Source: an uncultured Hyphomicrobiales bacterium
Lineage (GTDB): Bacteria; Pseudomonadota; Alphaproteobacteria; Rhizobiales; Kaistiaceae
Length of the DNA stretch: 64,000 bases
Direction: 5' to 3'
Assembly: GCA_964483325.1 (NCBI GenBank)
Contig: CAZAAW010000002.1
Location: 88,226 to 152,225 of the forward strand
The notes beneath the pieces are model-generated. The model searched no databases, was not told the DNA's origin, and was given only the letters and a program-made list of their open reading frames with translations. Position numbers and translations under genes: made by a program. This document shows positions 28,412 through 39,441 of the stretch, piece after piece. Position 1 is the stretch's first letter; each line of letters begins with the position of its first letter.

Positions 28412-31009
28412 GTGAGCATGCGCAGCGCAGCCCGGCCGGCGGCGGCCGCCTATGACGACGAGGACAGCGGGCTCCGCCGCTTCGTGCGCCGCAACCTGAT
28501 GGCCCTGCTCGGCCTCGGTCTCCTGGCGGCCGTCGTGGCGGTGGGACTGAGCCTCGGCACCTGGACCGTCGAGGACCCCAGCCTCAGCAATGCCGTCGAC
28601 CGGTCGGCGACCAATCTTCTCGGCTATCCCGGCGCCATCCTTGCCGATCTGCTGATGCAGTTCGTCGGTATCGCGGCGCCGCTGCTGCTGCTGCCGCCGG
28701 CCGTCTGGGGCCTGCGCCTCGTCCGCGGCCTGCCGCTGCGCATCGGCCGCTGGAGCGTTCCGGCCTGGCTGGGCAGCGCGGCGCTGGCGGCGACGGCGGC
28801 CGCGACGCTGCCGGCCCCTTCCACCTGGCCGCTGCCGACCGGGCTCGGCGGCGTCGGCGGCGATCTCCTGCTGCAGCTGCCGGGCGTGCTGCTCGGCGGC
28901 ATGCCGGGCTGGATCGGCGTCCTTGCCGGCCTCGCCTTCGCGCTTCTCGCGGTTCTGCTCGTCCTTGCCGCGACCGGTGCCACCCTGTGGCGGCGGTCGA
29001 CGGCCGAAAAGGATGCCGCGCCGGCTCCGGCGCGCGCTGCCGCCGCATCGCGCCGGGCGAGCCGGATGCCGGAGCCCGACGACGATGACGACTACGAGGA
29101 GGACGACGGCGGCGGCCGCATGGCGGCCTTCCTCGGCCATGTCACCCATACCGCCTACAGCCTGCGGGCTCTCTTCCGGCGCGCCACGCTGGCAGGCGGC
29201 CGCATCGCCCAGCGCCTGTCGGGGGATCGCGAGGCGCCGGCGCCCGACCGACGGTCGCGCGTCGAGCCCGGCTTCGGTGATCGGCCGCGGCGCGATCTCG
29301 CGGAGCCGGAGGACGACCTCGGCTATGACGACGAGGGCGCCTTCGCGGCGGCTCTCTACGGCGAGGACGAAGACGACGCGCCGCCGCCTGCTCCGGCGCC
29401 GCGCGCCGCCCGGAAAGCCCGGCCGGCCCCGGTTGCTGCCGCTGCGCCGGCATCGCGCAAGGGCCGCAAGGGCAGGGCGGGCGCCGATGCCCCGTTCGAG
29501 CTGCCGACGCTCGACTATCTCGTCATGCCGCGCCAGGACCGCCGCACGCCGGCGATGAGCGCCGATGCGCTGGAGGAGAATGCGCGCCTCCTGGAATCGG
29601 TGCTCGACGATTTCGGCGTGCGCGGCGAGATCATCCATGTCCGCCCCGGCCCGGTCGTCACCCTCTACGAGCTGGAGCCGGCCCCCGGCATCAAGTCGTC
29701 GCGGGTCATCGGCCTTGCCGACGACATCGCCCGCTCCATGAGCGCCATCGCCTGCCGCGTCGCGGTGATACCGGGCAAGAACGCCATCGGCATCGAGCTG
29801 CCCAATCCGCGCCGCGAGACCGTCTATCTCAGCGAGCTGCTGGTCGCCGACGACTTCACCGACACCAAGGCGCGGCTGCCGCTCTGCCTCGGCAAGACGA
29901 TCGGCGGCGAGCCGGTGGTGGCGGACCTTGCCCGCATGCCGCATCTCCTTGTCGCCGGCACCACCGGCTCGGGCAAGTCGGTGTCGATCAACACGATGAT
30001 CCTGTCGCTGCTCTACCGGCTGACGCCGGCCGAGTGCCGGCTGATCATGATCGACCCGAAGATGCTGGAACTGTCGATCTATGACGGCATCCCGCATCTG
30101 CTGACGCCGGTCGTCACCGACCCGAAGAAGGCGGTGGTGGCGCTGAAATGGACGGTCCGCGAGATGGAGGACCGCTACCGCAAGATGTCGAAGGTCGGCG
30201 TGCGCAATATTGACGGCCTCAATGCCCGCATCGCCCAGGCCAAGGCCAAGGGCGAGACGCTGTCGCGCACCATCCAGACCGGCTTCGACCCCGACACCGG
30301 CGAACCGATCGTCGAGCGCGAGGAACTGGCGCTGGAGCCGATGCCCTATATCGTCGTCATCATCGACGAGATGGCCGACCTGATGATGGTCGCCGGCAAG
30401 GACATCGAGGGCGCCGTGCAGCGCCTGGCGCAGATGGCGCGCGCCGCCGGCATCCACGTCGTCATGGCGACGCAGCGCCCGTCGGTCGACGTCATCACCG
30501 GCACCATCAAGGCCAATTTCCCGACCCGCATCTCCTTCCAGGTGACGTCGAAGATCGACAGCCGCACCATCCTGGGCGAGCAGGGCGCCGAGCAACTGCT
30601 CGGCCAGGGCGACATGCTCTACATGATGGGCGGCGGCCGCATCACCCGCGTCCACGGGCCCTTCGTCTCCGACGACGAGGTCGAGAAGATCGTCGCCCAT
30701 CTCAAGACGCAGGGCATGCCGGAGTATCTGGAAGCCATCACCGAGGACGACGGCGAGGAGATCGGTGGCGGTGACGGCGGCGACAGCGGCGGCGAAGGCG
30801 GCGAGTCGAACGATCTCTACGACCAGGCCGTCGCCGTCGTGCTGCGCGACCGCAAGGCGTCGACCAGTTACGTCCAGCGGCGGCTGCAGATCGGCTACAA
30901 CCGCGCCGCCTCGCTCATCGAGCGTATGGAGAAGGAAGGCGTCGTCGGCCCGGCCAACCATGCCGGCAAGCGCGAGATCCTCGTCGAGCGCGAGGAAGAG
31001 CGATTCTGA
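28412..31009 (+). CDS. ftsK: DNA translocase FtsK
   Basis: 865 aa with N-terminal TM helices, a Pro/Ala/Asp-rich linker, a motor domain (Walker A GTTGSGKS) and a gamma domain ([31 protein letters not shown]). Confidence 0.95.
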   Translation: MSMRSAARPAAAAYDDEDSGLRRFVRRNLMALLGLGLLAAVVAVGLSLGTWTVEDPSLSNAVDRSATNLLGYPGAILADLLMQFVGIAAPLLLLPPAVWGLRLVRGLPLRIGRWSVPAWLGSAALAATAAATLPAPSTWPLPTGLGGVGGDLLLQLPGVLLGGMPGWIGVLAGLAFALLAVLLVLAATGATLWRRSTAEKDAAPAPARAAAASRRASRMPEPDDDDDYEEDDGGGRMAAFLGHVTHTAYSLRALFRRATLAGGRIAQRLSGDREAPAPDRRSRVEPGFGDRPRRDLAEPEDDLGYDDEGAFAAALYGEDEDDAPPPAPAPRAARKARPAPVAAAAPASRKGRKGRAGADAPFELPTLDYLVMPRQDRRTPAMSADALEENARLLESVLDDFGVRGEIIHVRPGPVVTLYELEPAPGIKSSRVIGLADDIARSMSAIACRVAVIPGKNAIGIELPNPRRETVYLSELLVADDFTDTKARLPLCLGKTIGGEPVVADLARMPHLLVAGTTGSGKSVSINTMILSLLYRLTPAECRLIMIDPKMLELSIYDGIPHLLTPVVTDPKKAVVALKWTVREMEDRYRKMSKVGVRNIDGLNARIAQAKAKGETLSRTIQTGFDPDTGEPIVEREELALEPMPYIVVIIDEMADLMMVAGKDIEGAVQRLAQMARAAGIHVVMATQRPSVDVITGTIKANFPTRISFQVTSKIDSRTILGEQGAEQLLGQGDMLYMMGGGRITRVHGPFVSDDEVEKIVAHLKTQGMPEYLEAITEDDGEEIGGGDGGDSGGEGGESNDLYDQAVAVVLRDRKASTSYVQRRLQIGYNRAASLIERMEKEGVVGPANHAGKREILVEREEERF

Positions 31010-31164
31010 CGCGAAGGGTGGAGCCGCTGGCCGGCTCCGCCGTTGACCCGGCGGACGGTCGCGAAATCGCCATACCGCGTGCCTAGCGCTGCGGGACGTC
31101 ACGGGGGTGATCGTCGCCGGCCGCAGGCTTCCGCCGCGCCGCTCCTCATGGCAGGGATAGCACC

Positions 31165-31818
31165 ATGACCAACGCTTTCGTTCCCGCCCGCGCTGCGGGC
31201 CTCGCCATTCGCATTGCCGCGTTCTGCATGGCGGCCGTGCTCGGCGCCCTGTTCGCCCTGCCGGCCTCGGCGCAGTTCTCGCCCGAGCAGGCCGACGCGC
31301 TTGCCCGGATCAACGCCTATTTCAACAGCGTCCGCACCATGGAGGGCGAGTTCATCCAGGTCGGGCCGAACGGCGAGCAGTCGGAGGGCGTCTTCTTCCT
31401 GGCCCGTCCCGGCAAGGTGCGCTTCCAGTACAAGCCGCCGGTGCGGCTCCTGGTGGTCTCCGACGGCCGCAGCGTCGCCATCGAGGACAACACCGCCAAC
31501 ACCCAGGACATGTATCCGCTGTCGCGCACGCCGCTGCGGCATCTTCTCGCTGACCGCATCGATCTCACCTCGGCCGCCATCGTGCGCGAGGTGCGCATGG
31601 AGCCCGATCTCATCTCGGTCGTGCTGCAGGAGGAATCGATGGGCGACGGCTGGCTGACGCTGATCTTCGACGCCAAGACCTACGAGCTGCGCCAGTGGAT
31701 CACCACGGACGCGCAGGGGCTCAATACCTCCGTCGCCGTCTTCAACGTGGCGGTCAACAAGCCCGAGGACCGCTCCAAGTTCCGCATCTATCTGCGCAAC
31801 CAGCAGGCGCCCCAGTAG
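31165..31818 (+). CDS. lolA: LolA-like outer-membrane lipoprotein carrier
   Basis: Signal peptide, the INAYFNSVRTMEGEFIQ motif, and a position immediately after ftsK as in many proteobacteria. Confidence 0.75.
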   Translation: MTNAFVPARAAGLAIRIAAFCMAAVLGALFALPASAQFSPEQADALARINAYFNSVRTMEGEFIQVGPNGEQSEGVFFLARPGKVRFQYKPPVRLLVVSDGRSVAIEDNTANTQDMYPLSRTPLRHLLADRIDLTSAAIVREVRMEPDLISVVLQEESMGDGWLTLIFDAKTYELRQWITTDAQGLNTSVAVFNVAVNKPEDRSKFRIYLRNQQAPQ

Positions 31819-31883
31819 GCGCGGTTGATCGGCGGCCGGCGGATCGCTAGCTAAGGGCGCCCCGTCCTTCCCAGCCGCCGTCA

Positions 31884-32699
31884 ATGTCCCTTTCCGTCGC
31901 CACCTGGAACATCAATTCGGTTCGCCTGCGCCTCGGCCTGGTGACCGACTTCCTCAAGGCCTACCGGCCCGATATCCTGTGCCTGCAGGAGATCAAGTGC
32001 CAGGAGGACCGTTTTCCCTTCAAGGACTTCCGCCGGCGCGGCTACAGCCACATCGCCGTCAACGGCCAGAAGGGCTATCACGGCGTCGCCATCCTCTCGC
32101 GCCGGCCGTTCCTCAGTGAGGCCGGCCGCGGCTTCTGCGGCAAGGATGATGCCCGCCACATGGCGGTGACCGTCGAGGACGGCGGCGCCGACATGACGAT
32201 CCATAATTTCTATGTGCCGGCGGGCGGCGACGAGCCCGACCCGGAGATCAATCCGAAATTCGCCCACAAGCTCGCCTTCCTCGACGAGATGAAGACGTGG
32301 CTGACCGGGCCGGAGACGGAGCGCCCGGCGATCATGGTCGGCGACCTCAATGTCGCGCCGCTGGAGCACGACGTCTGGTCGCACAAGCAGCTGCTGCGCG
32401 TCGTCAGCCATACGCCGGTCGAGACGGAGCGGCTGGAGGCGATCCGCGCCGCCGGCCTGTGGACCGACGCCGTGCGCCATTTCGTGGCGCCGCCGGAGAA
32501 GCTCTACACATGGTGGAGCTACCGGGCGCGCGACTGGGCGGCCGCCGACAAGGGCCGGCGTCTCGACCACATCTGGGTAACGCAGCCGGTGGTGCCGCGC
32601 CTCGCCGGTTTCGAGATCGTCAAGCCGGCCCGCGGCTGGGAGCGGCCGAGCGACCACGTGCCGGTGATCCTGCGCCTGTCGCCGCACGAGGCGGCGTAG
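31884..32699 (+). CDS. xthA: exodeoxyribonuclease III
   Basis: VATWNINSVRLR ... DILCLQEIK ... SDHVPV. Confidence 0.9.
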   Translation: MSLSVATWNINSVRLRLGLVTDFLKAYRPDILCLQEIKCQEDRFPFKDFRRRGYSHIAVNGQKGYHGVAILSRRPFLSEAGRGFCGKDDARHMAVTVEDGGADMTIHNFYVPAGGDEPDPEINPKFAHKLAFLDEMKTWLTGPETERPAIMVGDLNVAPLEHDVWSHKQLLRVVSHTPVETERLEAIRAAGLWTDAVRHFVAPPEKLYTWWSYRARDWAAADKGRRLDHIWVTQPVVPRLAGFEIVKPARGWERPSDHVPVILRLSPHEAA

Positions 32700-32701
32700 A
32701 G

Positions 32702-33175
32702 CTAGCGGCCCAGCGGATCGATGGCGAGCAGCGCCTGGCGGACCTTCTGCATGTCGCCGACGGTGCCGCGTAGGCGGGAGGCGAGGCGGTCGCGCAGGCG
32801 GATGGCGACATGCGGATATTCGGTCAGCATGCGGCGGAAGAGCGGCCTGCCGAGCTCGACGACGCTCGCCGATGCGGCGACAGTCGCCGTCGCCCGGCGT
32901 TTGGTTTCCATGAACAGCGCCAGCTCGCCGATGAGGCAGCCGCGCTGGCAGCTTTCCACGACGCGGCGCGCGTCGCCGGCGCCGGCGGAGAGCTCGATGA
33001 CGCCGCTGCTGACGACGAAGGCGGAAGCCGCCGCATCCCCCTCGCGGAACAGCACGGCGCCGGTGTCGTGCTCGGCGCGGTTCAGACTGAAGGCGAGAAG
33101 GCGCAGCTGTTCGCCGGTCAGGCCCTCGAACAGCGGCACCTGGCCGAGAAGTTCGATATCGCTGTCGAGCTGCAT
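32702..33175 (-). CDS. cyclic-nucleotide-binding domain protein
   Basis: VPLFEGLTGEQLRLLAF ... FREGD ... IGELALF ... RRATATV (cNMP phosphate-binding cassette). Confidence 0.8.
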   Translation of the reverse strand: MQLDSDIELLGQVPLFEGLTGEQLRLLAFSLNRAEHDTGAVLFREGDAAASAFVVSSGVIELSAGAGDARRVVESCQRGCLIGELALFMETKRRATATVAASASVVELGRPLFRRMLTEYPHVAIRLRDRLASRLRGTVGDMQKVRQALLAIDPLGR

Positions 33176-33181
33176 GGCCGG

Positions 33182-33871
33182 TCAGGGAGCGAGGCGGTAG
33201 CCGCCGCCTTCGGTGATCAGCAGTTCCGCCATGGCGGGACGGCGCTCGATTTTCTGGCGCAGCCGGTAGATATGGGTCTCCAGCGTGTGCGTGGTGACGC
33301 CGCTGTTGTAGCCCCAGACCTCGTGCAGCAGGATCTCGCGCGTCACGACCTTGTCGCCGGCGCGGTAGAGATATTTGAGGATGGCGGTTTCCTTCTCCGT
33401 CAGCCTGATCTTCTGGCCGCGCTCGTCGACCAGCAGCTTGGCGCTGGGGCGGAATGTGTACTGGCCGACGGTGAAGGTCGCGTCCTCGCTCTGCTCGAAC
33501 TGCCGCAGCTGTGCCCGGATGCGGGCGAGGAGGACGGCGAAACGGAATGGCTTGGTGACATAGTCATTGGCCCCGGCCTCCAGGCCGAGGACGACGTCGG
33601 CGTCCGAATCCTGCGCCGTCAGCATGACGATCGGCGCCTTGAAACCGCCCTTGCGCAGCAGCTTCACCGCCTCGCGGCCATCCATGTCCGGCAGGCCGAC
33701 ATCCATCACCACCAGGTCGGCGCGGTCGCCGCGCGCCTTCTGCACGCCAGTGGTCGCGGTCGGCGCCTCCAGGACGCTGAACTCCTCATAGAGGGTGAGC
33801 TGCTCGACAAGGCTTTCGCGCAGCACGTCGTCGTCGTCGACAATGATGATCTTGCGGGCGGTCACGCTCAT
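33182..33871 (-). CDS. OmpR-family response regulator
   Basis: Start at MSVTARKIIIVDDDD. Receiver domain (VVMDVGLPDMDG, ANDYVTKPF) plus a winged helix (LTEKETAILKYL ... THIYRLRQKIE). The upstream part of the 324-aa track ORF was rejected. Confidence 0.9.
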   Translation of the reverse strand: MSVTARKIIIVDDDDVLRESLVEQLTLYEEFSVLEAPTATTGVQKARGDRADLVVMDVGLPDMDGREAVKLLRKGGFKAPIVMLTAQDSDADVVLGLEAGANDYVTKPFRFAVLLARIRAQLRQFEQSEDATFTVGQYTFRPSAKLLVDERGQKIRLTEKETAILKYLYRAGDKVVTREILLHEVWGYNSGVTTHTLETHIYRLRQKIERRPAMAELLITEGGGYRLAP

Positions 33872-33995
33872 GGGTTCATCTCCACCGAAATGGCGGATTC
33901 CTCTACGACTTTGCCCGCGAATGTGATGCTTGGGGCGCCGCTTCGCAAGGCAGCGGCGGTTTGGCCGCCTTCGCCTTTGCCGTATCCGAGCAGAA

Positions 33996-34541
33996 ATGAC
34001 TGAAGATTCCCTGATGCGGCGGGCGCTGCCCTTCCTGGAAGTGACGGCCCTGGGAAGCCGGACGACCGGTCTCCTCGTCGGCGCCGGCCGGCCGCAGCCC
34101 TGCGCCCTCGGCCGCGCCGGCATTGCGCCGGGCAAGCGCGAGGGCGACGGCATCACGCCGGCGGCGCTGCTGCGGCCGGTGGTAATCTTCTACCGCCCCG
34201 ACCGCGAGCGCCGGCCGGTCTCCGGGCTGCCGGCCTCGCCGATCGGACCGCACGACGGCTGGTGCGACGATCCCGGGCATCCGGCCTACAACCGGCCGGT
34301 GACCCTGCCGTTCCCGGCGCGTCATGAGCACCTGTGGCGCGCCGACGGCGTTTACGACCTCGTCGTCGTACTCGACTGGAATTTCGAGCATCCGAAGAAA
34401 GGCGCCGGCAGCGCCATCTTCATGCATATCGCCCGGCCGGACCTGGCGCCGACCGAAGGCTGCATCGCCCTGCCGCGCACCGCGCTCCGCCGCCTGTTGC
34501 GGCGGCTGGGGCCAACGACGCGGATTCGCGTCCGGATCTGA
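33996..34541 (+). CDS. YkuD-type L,D-transpeptidase-fold protein
   Basis: The catalytic-type motif FMHIARPDLAPTEGCIAL (H ... TxGC) lies near the C-terminus. Start at MTEDS. Confidence 0.7.
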   Translation: MTEDSLMRRALPFLEVTALGSRTTGLLVGAGRPQPCALGRAGIAPGKREGDGITPAALLRPVVIFYRPDRERRPVSGLPASPIGPHDGWCDDPGHPAYNRPVTLPFPARHEHLWRADGVYDLVVVLDWNFEHPKKGAGSAIFMHIARPDLAPTEGCIALPRTALRRLLRRLGPTTRIRVRI

Positions 34542-34547
34542 AGTGCT

Positions 34548-34644
34548 CCGTAGCGTGGGCATGCGCCGCAGGCGCCTGCCCACGCGGTCATACCCCGCCG
34601 TCGCATTGACAGCTGGGCAAGGCTTCGCCATGCCCACGCTACGG
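34548..34644. repeat. REP/RIME-like palindromic intergenic element, copy A
   Basis: 97 nt with perfect 16-bp terminal inverted repeats (CCGTAGCGTGGGCATG ... CATGCCCACGCTACGG) and an inner palindrome GCGCC-GCA-GGCGC. It is homologous to 55569-55664 and partly to 43883-43941. Confidence 0.75.
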
Positions 34645-35316
34645 CGTGCCGCTCGGGCGCTCGCCGAAGATGGCGCTGCCGAGGCGCACATAGGTGGCGC
34701 CGAAGGCCACTGCCGTCTCGAAGTCGGCGCTCATGCCCATCGACAGCGACGGCAGGCCGAGTTGCCGCGCCAGCTTGGCAAGCAGCGCGAAATGCGGGCC
34801 GGGCGATTCCTCGATCGGCGGGATGCACATCAGGCCGTCGATGGCGAGGCCGTGCTCGCTGCGGCAGCGGGTGACGAAGGCGGCCGTCTCTTCCGGCAGG
34901 ACGCCGGCCTTCTGCGGCTCGGCGCCGGTATTGACCTGCACCAGCAGCCGCAGCTGCCTGCCCTGCTTCGCCATCTCGGCTGCCACCGCCGCGGCGATGC
35001 GGTCGCGGTCGATGGTGTGGATGACGTCGAACAGCGCTACCGCCTCGGCGGCCTTGTTGCTCTGCAGCGGGCCGATCAGGTGCAGCACCAGCTCGGGCGT
35101 CTCGGCGCGCAGCTCCGGCCACTTGGCCTTCGCCTCCTGGACGCGGTTCTCGCCGAAATGGCGCTGGCCGGCGGCGATGACCGGCCGGATCGCCTCGATG
35201 CCGAAGGTCTTCGACACCGCCACCAGATGCGCCGAGCCGGGCGGGCGGCCCGCTTCGTGCTCGGCGGCGGCGATGCGGCCGCGGATTTCGGCGAGATTGT
35301 CGGCGGCTGTGGTCAT
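34639..35316 (-). CDS. yggS: YggS-family pyridoxal-phosphate homeostasis protein
   Basis: LVAVSKTF ... HFGENRVQE ... HLIGPLQSNK ... SMGMSADFE. Start at MTTAAD. Confidence 0.9.
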   Translation of the reverse strand: MTTAADNLAEIRGRIAAAEHEAGRPPGSAHLVAVSKTFGIEAIRPVIAAGQRHFGENRVQEAKAKWPELRAETPELVLHLIGPLQSNKAAEAVALFDVIHTIDRDRIAAAVAAEMAKQGRQLRLLVQVNTGAEPQKAGVLPEETAAFVTRCRSEHGLAIDGLMCIPPIEESPGPHFALLAKLARQLGLPSLSMGMSADFETAVAFGATYVRLGSAIFGERPSGTP

Positions 35317-35414
35317 GGCGATCGGTCCCAGGAGAGGGCCGCCGGTTCCCATCCGGCCGGCGGCTTGTCAAGCGGCGCCGGAGCGCCGACGCTGCGCCGA
35401 AAGCGGAGGAGCGC

Positions 35415-35828
35415 ATGGATATCCTGGTCAATATCGACGTGCCCGACCTTAAGGCAGGGCTCGATTTCTACACGCGGGCCTTCGACCTCTTGCCCGGCCG
35501 GCGCTTCGAGGGCTTCGCCGAGCTGCTCGGCGCCGGCTCGGCGATCTACCTCCTGGAAAGGGCGGCCGGCTCGCGGGCGACGCCGGCAGGCGGCGAGCGC
35601 AGTTATGGCCGGCACTGGACGCCGACGCATCTCGATTATGTCGTTACCGGCATCGAGGCGGCGATCGACCGCGCTGTCGCCGCCGGCGCCGTGCCGGAAG
35701 GACCGCTGCGCAGCTGGCCCTGGGGCCGCATCGCGCAGTTTTCCGACCCGTTCGGCAACGGCTTCTGCATCCTGGAATTCGGCGAGCGCGGCTATGACGC
35801 CATCGCGCTGCCGACCGCGCCGGGCTAG
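35415..35828 (+). CDS. VOC/glyoxalase-family protein
   Basis: 137 aa with the beta-alpha-beta-beta-beta module pattern (VPDLKAGLDFYTRAF ... DPFGNGFCILE). Confidence 0.8.
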   Translation: MDILVNIDVPDLKAGLDFYTRAFDLLPGRRFEGFAELLGAGSAIYLLERAAGSRATPAGGERSYGRHWTPTHLDYVVTGIEAAIDRAVAAGAVPEGPLRSWPWGRIAQFSDPFGNGFCILEFGERGYDAIALPTAPG

Positions 35829-36238
35829 GCCTTCACGCCCGCCATCTCGCAGACGATCTGCCACTCCTCGTCGGTCACCGGCTGGACGGACAGGCGGGCA
35901 TTCTTCACCAGCACCATCTCCTTGAGGCGCGGCTCGGCCTTGATCTCGGCTAGCGTCACCGGGCGCTTCACCGGCTTCACGGCGACGAGATCGACGCACT
36001 CCCAGGCCGGGTCCTTGGATTCCGGATGCGCCTCGTTCAGCACCTCGACGATGCCGACCACCGCCTTGACGTCGCCGGTGTGGTAGAAGAAGCCGCGCTC
36101 GCCCTTCTTCATGGCGCGCATGTGGTTGCGCGCCTGGTAGTTGCGCACGCCGTCCCATTCCTGGCCCTTGGCGCCCGCCTTCGCCTGATCCTCGTAGGAC
36201 CACACGTCGGGTTCGGATTTGTAGAGCCAATGTGCCAT
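35825..36238 (-). CDS. EVE-domain protein
   Basis: MAHWLYKSEPDVWSYEDQ ... WDGVRNYQARNHMR ... GERGFFYH. Confidence 0.85.
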   Translation of the reverse strand: MAHWLYKSEPDVWSYEDQAKAGAKGQEWDGVRNYQARNHMRAMKKGERGFFYHTGDVKAVVGIVEVLNEAHPESKDPAWECVDLVAVKPVKRPVTLAEIKAEPRLKEMVLVKNARLSVQPVTDEEWQIVCEMAGVKA

Positions 36239-36295
36239 TGCGCGCCTCCCGCTGGTTCCGCCGGAGCCTAAGGTTTCCCGCCGGCGCCGTCGAGT

Positions 36296-37282
36296 TCAGT
36301 CGGTCTCGCTGCGCAGCGGCCGGTTCATCAGGCTGTCGACCGCCTCCTCGACCGACAGGGCGCGCTCCAGCACGGCGGCAACGGCATCCGTCACCGGCAT
36401 CGCGATGGCGTCGCGCCGAGCGAGATCGCGGGTGACGGCGGCCGTCGCCACGCCTTCCGCCAGCGCCTCCGGCCGCGGTGCGTCGGCGCCGATGGCGAAG
36501 CCGAGGGCGAAATTGCGCGATTGCGGGCCGGAGCAGGTCAGTACGAGGTCGCCGAGGCCGGAAAGGCCCATCAGCGTTTCCGGCCGGGCGCCGGCCTGGT
36601 CGGCGAAGCGGCGCAATTCGGCGAAGCCGCGGGCGATCAGCGCCGCCTGGGCGCTGGCGCCGAGCTGGCGCCCGGCAACGATGCCGGCGGCGATCGCCAG
36701 GATGTTCTTGAGCGCGCCGCCGAGCTCGACGCCGATGACGTCCGTTTCCGCATAGGGCCGGAAGGTGGGGCCGCCGAGGATGTGGCAGAGCTCCAGGGCG
36801 AGGCCGGCGTTCTCGGCGGCGATCGTCACGGCGGTCGGCAGGCCGCGCGCCACGTCGGCGGCGAATCCCGGCCCCGACAGCACCGCCACCGCCGCCTGCG
36901 GCGCTGTCTCATGGAGGATCTGCGACAGGCGGCGGCCGCTCGCCCGGTCGATGCCTTTGGCGCAGATCACCACCGGCGTCCCGGGGGCCAGCAGCGGCGC
37001 CAGCGAGGCTGCGGCGTCGGCGACGGCCTGTGCCGGGACGGCGAGGAGGACGATCCGGCAGGCCGCCGCCTCGGCGAGATCGCCGGTGGCGCGGACATGC
37101 GGGCTGAGCTCGGCGCCGGGAAGGCGGGCGGGGTTCTCGCCGGCTCGGTTCATCACCGTGACCGCGTCCGGATCGCGGGCATAGAGCCGGACGCTGCGGC
37201 CGGCGCGCCCCGCCACCATGGCCAGCGCCGTGCCCCAGGCGCCGGCGCCGACGATGCCGACCTGCTGCCGCGTCTCGGTCAT
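36296..37282 (-). CDS. gpsA: NAD(P)H-dependent glycerol-3-phosphate dehydrogenase
   Basis: [14 protein letters not shown] ... [12 protein letters not shown] ... 328 aa. Confidence 0.9.
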   Translation of the reverse strand: MTETRQQVGIVGAGAWGTALAMVAGRAGRSVRLYARDPDAVTVMNRAGENPARLPGAELSPHVRATGDLAEAAACRIVLLAVPAQAVADAAASLAPLLAPGTPVVICAKGIDRASGRRLSQILHETAPQAAVAVLSGPGFAADVARGLPTAVTIAAENAGLALELCHILGGPTFRPYAETDVIGVELGGALKNILAIAAGIVAGRQLGASAQAALIARGFAELRRFADQAGARPETLMGLSGLGDLVLTCSGPQSRNFALGFAIGADAPRPEALAEGVATAAVTRDLARRDAIAMPVTDAVAAVLERALSVEEAVDSLMNRPLRSETD

Positions 37283-38427
37283 GCCCGTGCTCCTTTCATG
37301 CCGCCGCCGATGCCGGCGATGTCGGCGTCGAGCGGCCAGCGCGGCCGTGCCGCAACCGTGAGGGGATCGGTCCGGCCCAGCGCCAGCCGCTCGGCGCCGG
37401 CCCAGGCGACCATGGCGGCATTGTCGGTGCAGAGCGCCAGCGGCGGTGCGACGAGCCGGAACCCGGCCTCCGCCGCCGCGGCAGCCAGCACCCCGCGCAG
37501 CGCCTGGTTGGCGGCGACGCCGCCGGCGACGACAAGAGCCGGGCCGTCCGGCGCCCCCTCGTCGCGAAAACGCTGCAGCGCATTGCCGACGCGATCGGCG
37601 ACGACGTCGCCCACCGCGGCCTGGAAGCCGGCACAGAGATCGGCGATGTCGCGGGCGGCGAGAGGCGCGGCCGCCTCCGCCGCCTGCCGCACCGCCGTCT
37701 TGAGGCCGGAAAAGGAAAAGTCGGCGCCGGGGCGGCCGAGCATCGGCCGCGGCAGGGCGAAGCGCGCCGCATCGCCGCCGCGCGCCGCCTGCTCGACGGC
37801 CGGGCCGCCCGGATAGGGCAGACCGAGCAGCTTCGCGGTCTTGTCGAAAGCCTCGCCGAGGGCGTCGTCGACGGTCGTGCCGTAGCGGCGGAAGGCACCG
37901 ACGCCGTCGACGCGCACCAGCTGCGTATGTCCGCCGGACACCAGCAGCAGCAGGTAGGGAAAGGCGATGCCGTCGGTGAGGCGCGCCGTCAGGGCATGCG
38001 CCTCGAGATGGTTGACGGCGACCAGCGGTTTCCGCGTCGCCAGCGCGATCGCCTTGGCGGTGGAGAGGCCGACCAGCAGTCCGCCGATCAGGCCCGGTCC
38101 GGCGGTCGCCGCGACAGCGTCGATGTCCGCGACGGTGGCGCCGGCCTCGGCGAGCGCGCTCGCGATGACCGCATCGAGCGCCTCGACATGGGCGCGGGCG
38201 GCAATCTCCGGGACGACGCCGCCGAAGACGGCATGGGCGTCGACCTGGCTGAGCACGATCGACGACAGGATGCGGCCTCTGCGGTCGGCGGTTCGCTCGA
38301 CGAGGGCGGCGGCCGTTTCGTCGCAGCTCGTCTCGATGCCGAGAATGCAGATGGCGGACGGCGTCACGACAGGCATGGGCGGTGAGGTCAGGACCCGCTC
38401 GGCTTGATTTCCGGCCGTCAGCGACAT
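37279..38427 (-). CDS. tsaD: tRNA N6-adenosine threonylcarbamoyltransferase
   Basis: [16 protein letters not shown] ... VSGGHTQL ... GGVAAN. The start may instead be the Met at 38376 (MPVVTPS). Its stop overlaps the gpsA start by 4 nt. Confidence 0.9.
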   Translation of the reverse strand: MSLTAGNQAERVLTSPPMPVVTPSAICILGIETSCDETAAALVERTADRRGRILSSIVLSQVDAHAVFGGVVPEIAARAHVEALDAVIASALAEAGATVADIDAVAATAGPGLIGGLLVGLSTAKAIALATRKPLVAVNHLEAHALTARLTDGIAFPYLLLLVSGGHTQLVRVDGVGAFRRYGTTVDDALGEAFDKTAKLLGLPYPGGPAVEQAARGGDAARFALPRPMLGRPGADFSFSGLKTAVRQAAEAAAPLAARDIADLCAGFQAAVGDVVADRVGNALQRFRDEGAPDGPALVVAGGVAANQALRGVLAAAAAEAGFRLVAPPLALCTDNAAMVAWAGAERLALGRTDPLTVAARPRWPLDADIAGIGGGMKGARA

Positions 38428-38509
38428 GCTGACCAGCTTGCGCCCCGGCCGTCAGCCCCTATAAGCGGCCCCAGACCGGCATGACGCCCTAACACCTGGA
38501 CCGATATCG

Positions 38510-39436
38510 TTGCAAACGGGACCACTCCGGATCGGCACGCGCGGCAGCGCGCTGGCGCTGGCGCAGGCACGCGAGACCGCGTCCCGGCTGATCGCCGCCC
38601 ACGGCCTTGCCGAGACCGATATCAGCATCGTCACCATCACCACCACCGGCGATGCCATTCGCGACCGGCCGCTCTCGGAAGCCGGCGGCAAAGGGCTCTT
38701 CACCAAGGAGATCGAAGAGGCGCTGCTGGATGGCCGCATCGATCTCGCCGTCCATTCCGGCAAGGACATGCCGACCTGGCTGCCGCCGGGCCTCGTCCTG
38801 ACGGCGTTCCTGCCGCGCCAGGACGTGCGCGACGTCTTCCTGAGCCTCAAGGCGAAGACGCTGTTCGATCTTCCCGAGGGCGCCGTGCTCGGCACGTCGT
38901 CGCTGCGCCGCAAGGCGCTGGCGCTGCGCCTGCGCCCCGACCTGCAGGTGGTGAATTTCCGCGGCAATGTCGAGACGCGGCTGCGCAAGCTTGCCGACGG
39001 CGTCGCCGATGCGACGATGCTTGCCGCCGCCGGGCTGAACCGGCTCGGCATCGCCGACCGCGCCACGAGCTTCCTGCCGGAGGACAGCTTCGTCCCGGCC
39101 GTGTCGCAGGGCGCCATTGCGCTGGAGACGCGGGGGGATGCCGGCGAGATCCGCGCCCTGCTGGAGCCGCTGAACGATCCGGCGACGGCCGTCTGCGTCG
39201 CGGCCGAGCGCGCCTTCCTGGCGGCGCTGGACGGCTCCTGCCGGACGCCGATCGGCGGCCTCGCCCGCCTTGACGGCGACAGGCTCGCCTTCCACGGCAT
39301 CATCGTGACGCCGGATGGGCGCCAGGCGCATGAGACGACCCGCGACGGCCCGGCGCGCGACGCCGTGGCGCTCGGCCGCGATGCCGGCGAGGAGCTGCTG
39401 CGCCGCGGCGGGCCGGATTTCTTTACCGCGGTCTGA
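38510..39436 (+). CDS. hemC: hydroxymethylbilane synthase
   Basis: LRIGTRGSALALAQA ... ITTTGD ... GKGLFTKEIE ... DLAVHSGKDMP ... GSCRTPIG. TTG start. Confidence 0.95.
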   Translation: MQTGPLRIGTRGSALALAQARETASRLIAAHGLAETDISIVTITTTGDAIRDRPLSEAGGKGLFTKEIEEALLDGRIDLAVHSGKDMPTWLPPGLVLTAFLPRQDVRDVFLSLKAKTLFDLPEGAVLGTSSLRRKALALRLRPDLQVVNFRGNVETRLRKLADGVADATMLAAAGLNRLGIADRATSFLPEDSFVPAVSQGAIALETRGDAGEIRALLEPLNDPATAVCVAAERAFLAALDGSCRTPIGGLARLDGDRLAFHGIIVTPDGRQAHETTRDGPARDAVALGRDAGEELLRRGGPDFFTAV

Positions 39437-39441
39437 CGCCG

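Noticed and set aside
28373-31102. 909-aa minus-strand ORF antisense to ftsK
   Set aside because: Its composition is dominated by R, A, G and D with no domain signature. The plus strand encodes an unmistakable FtsK.
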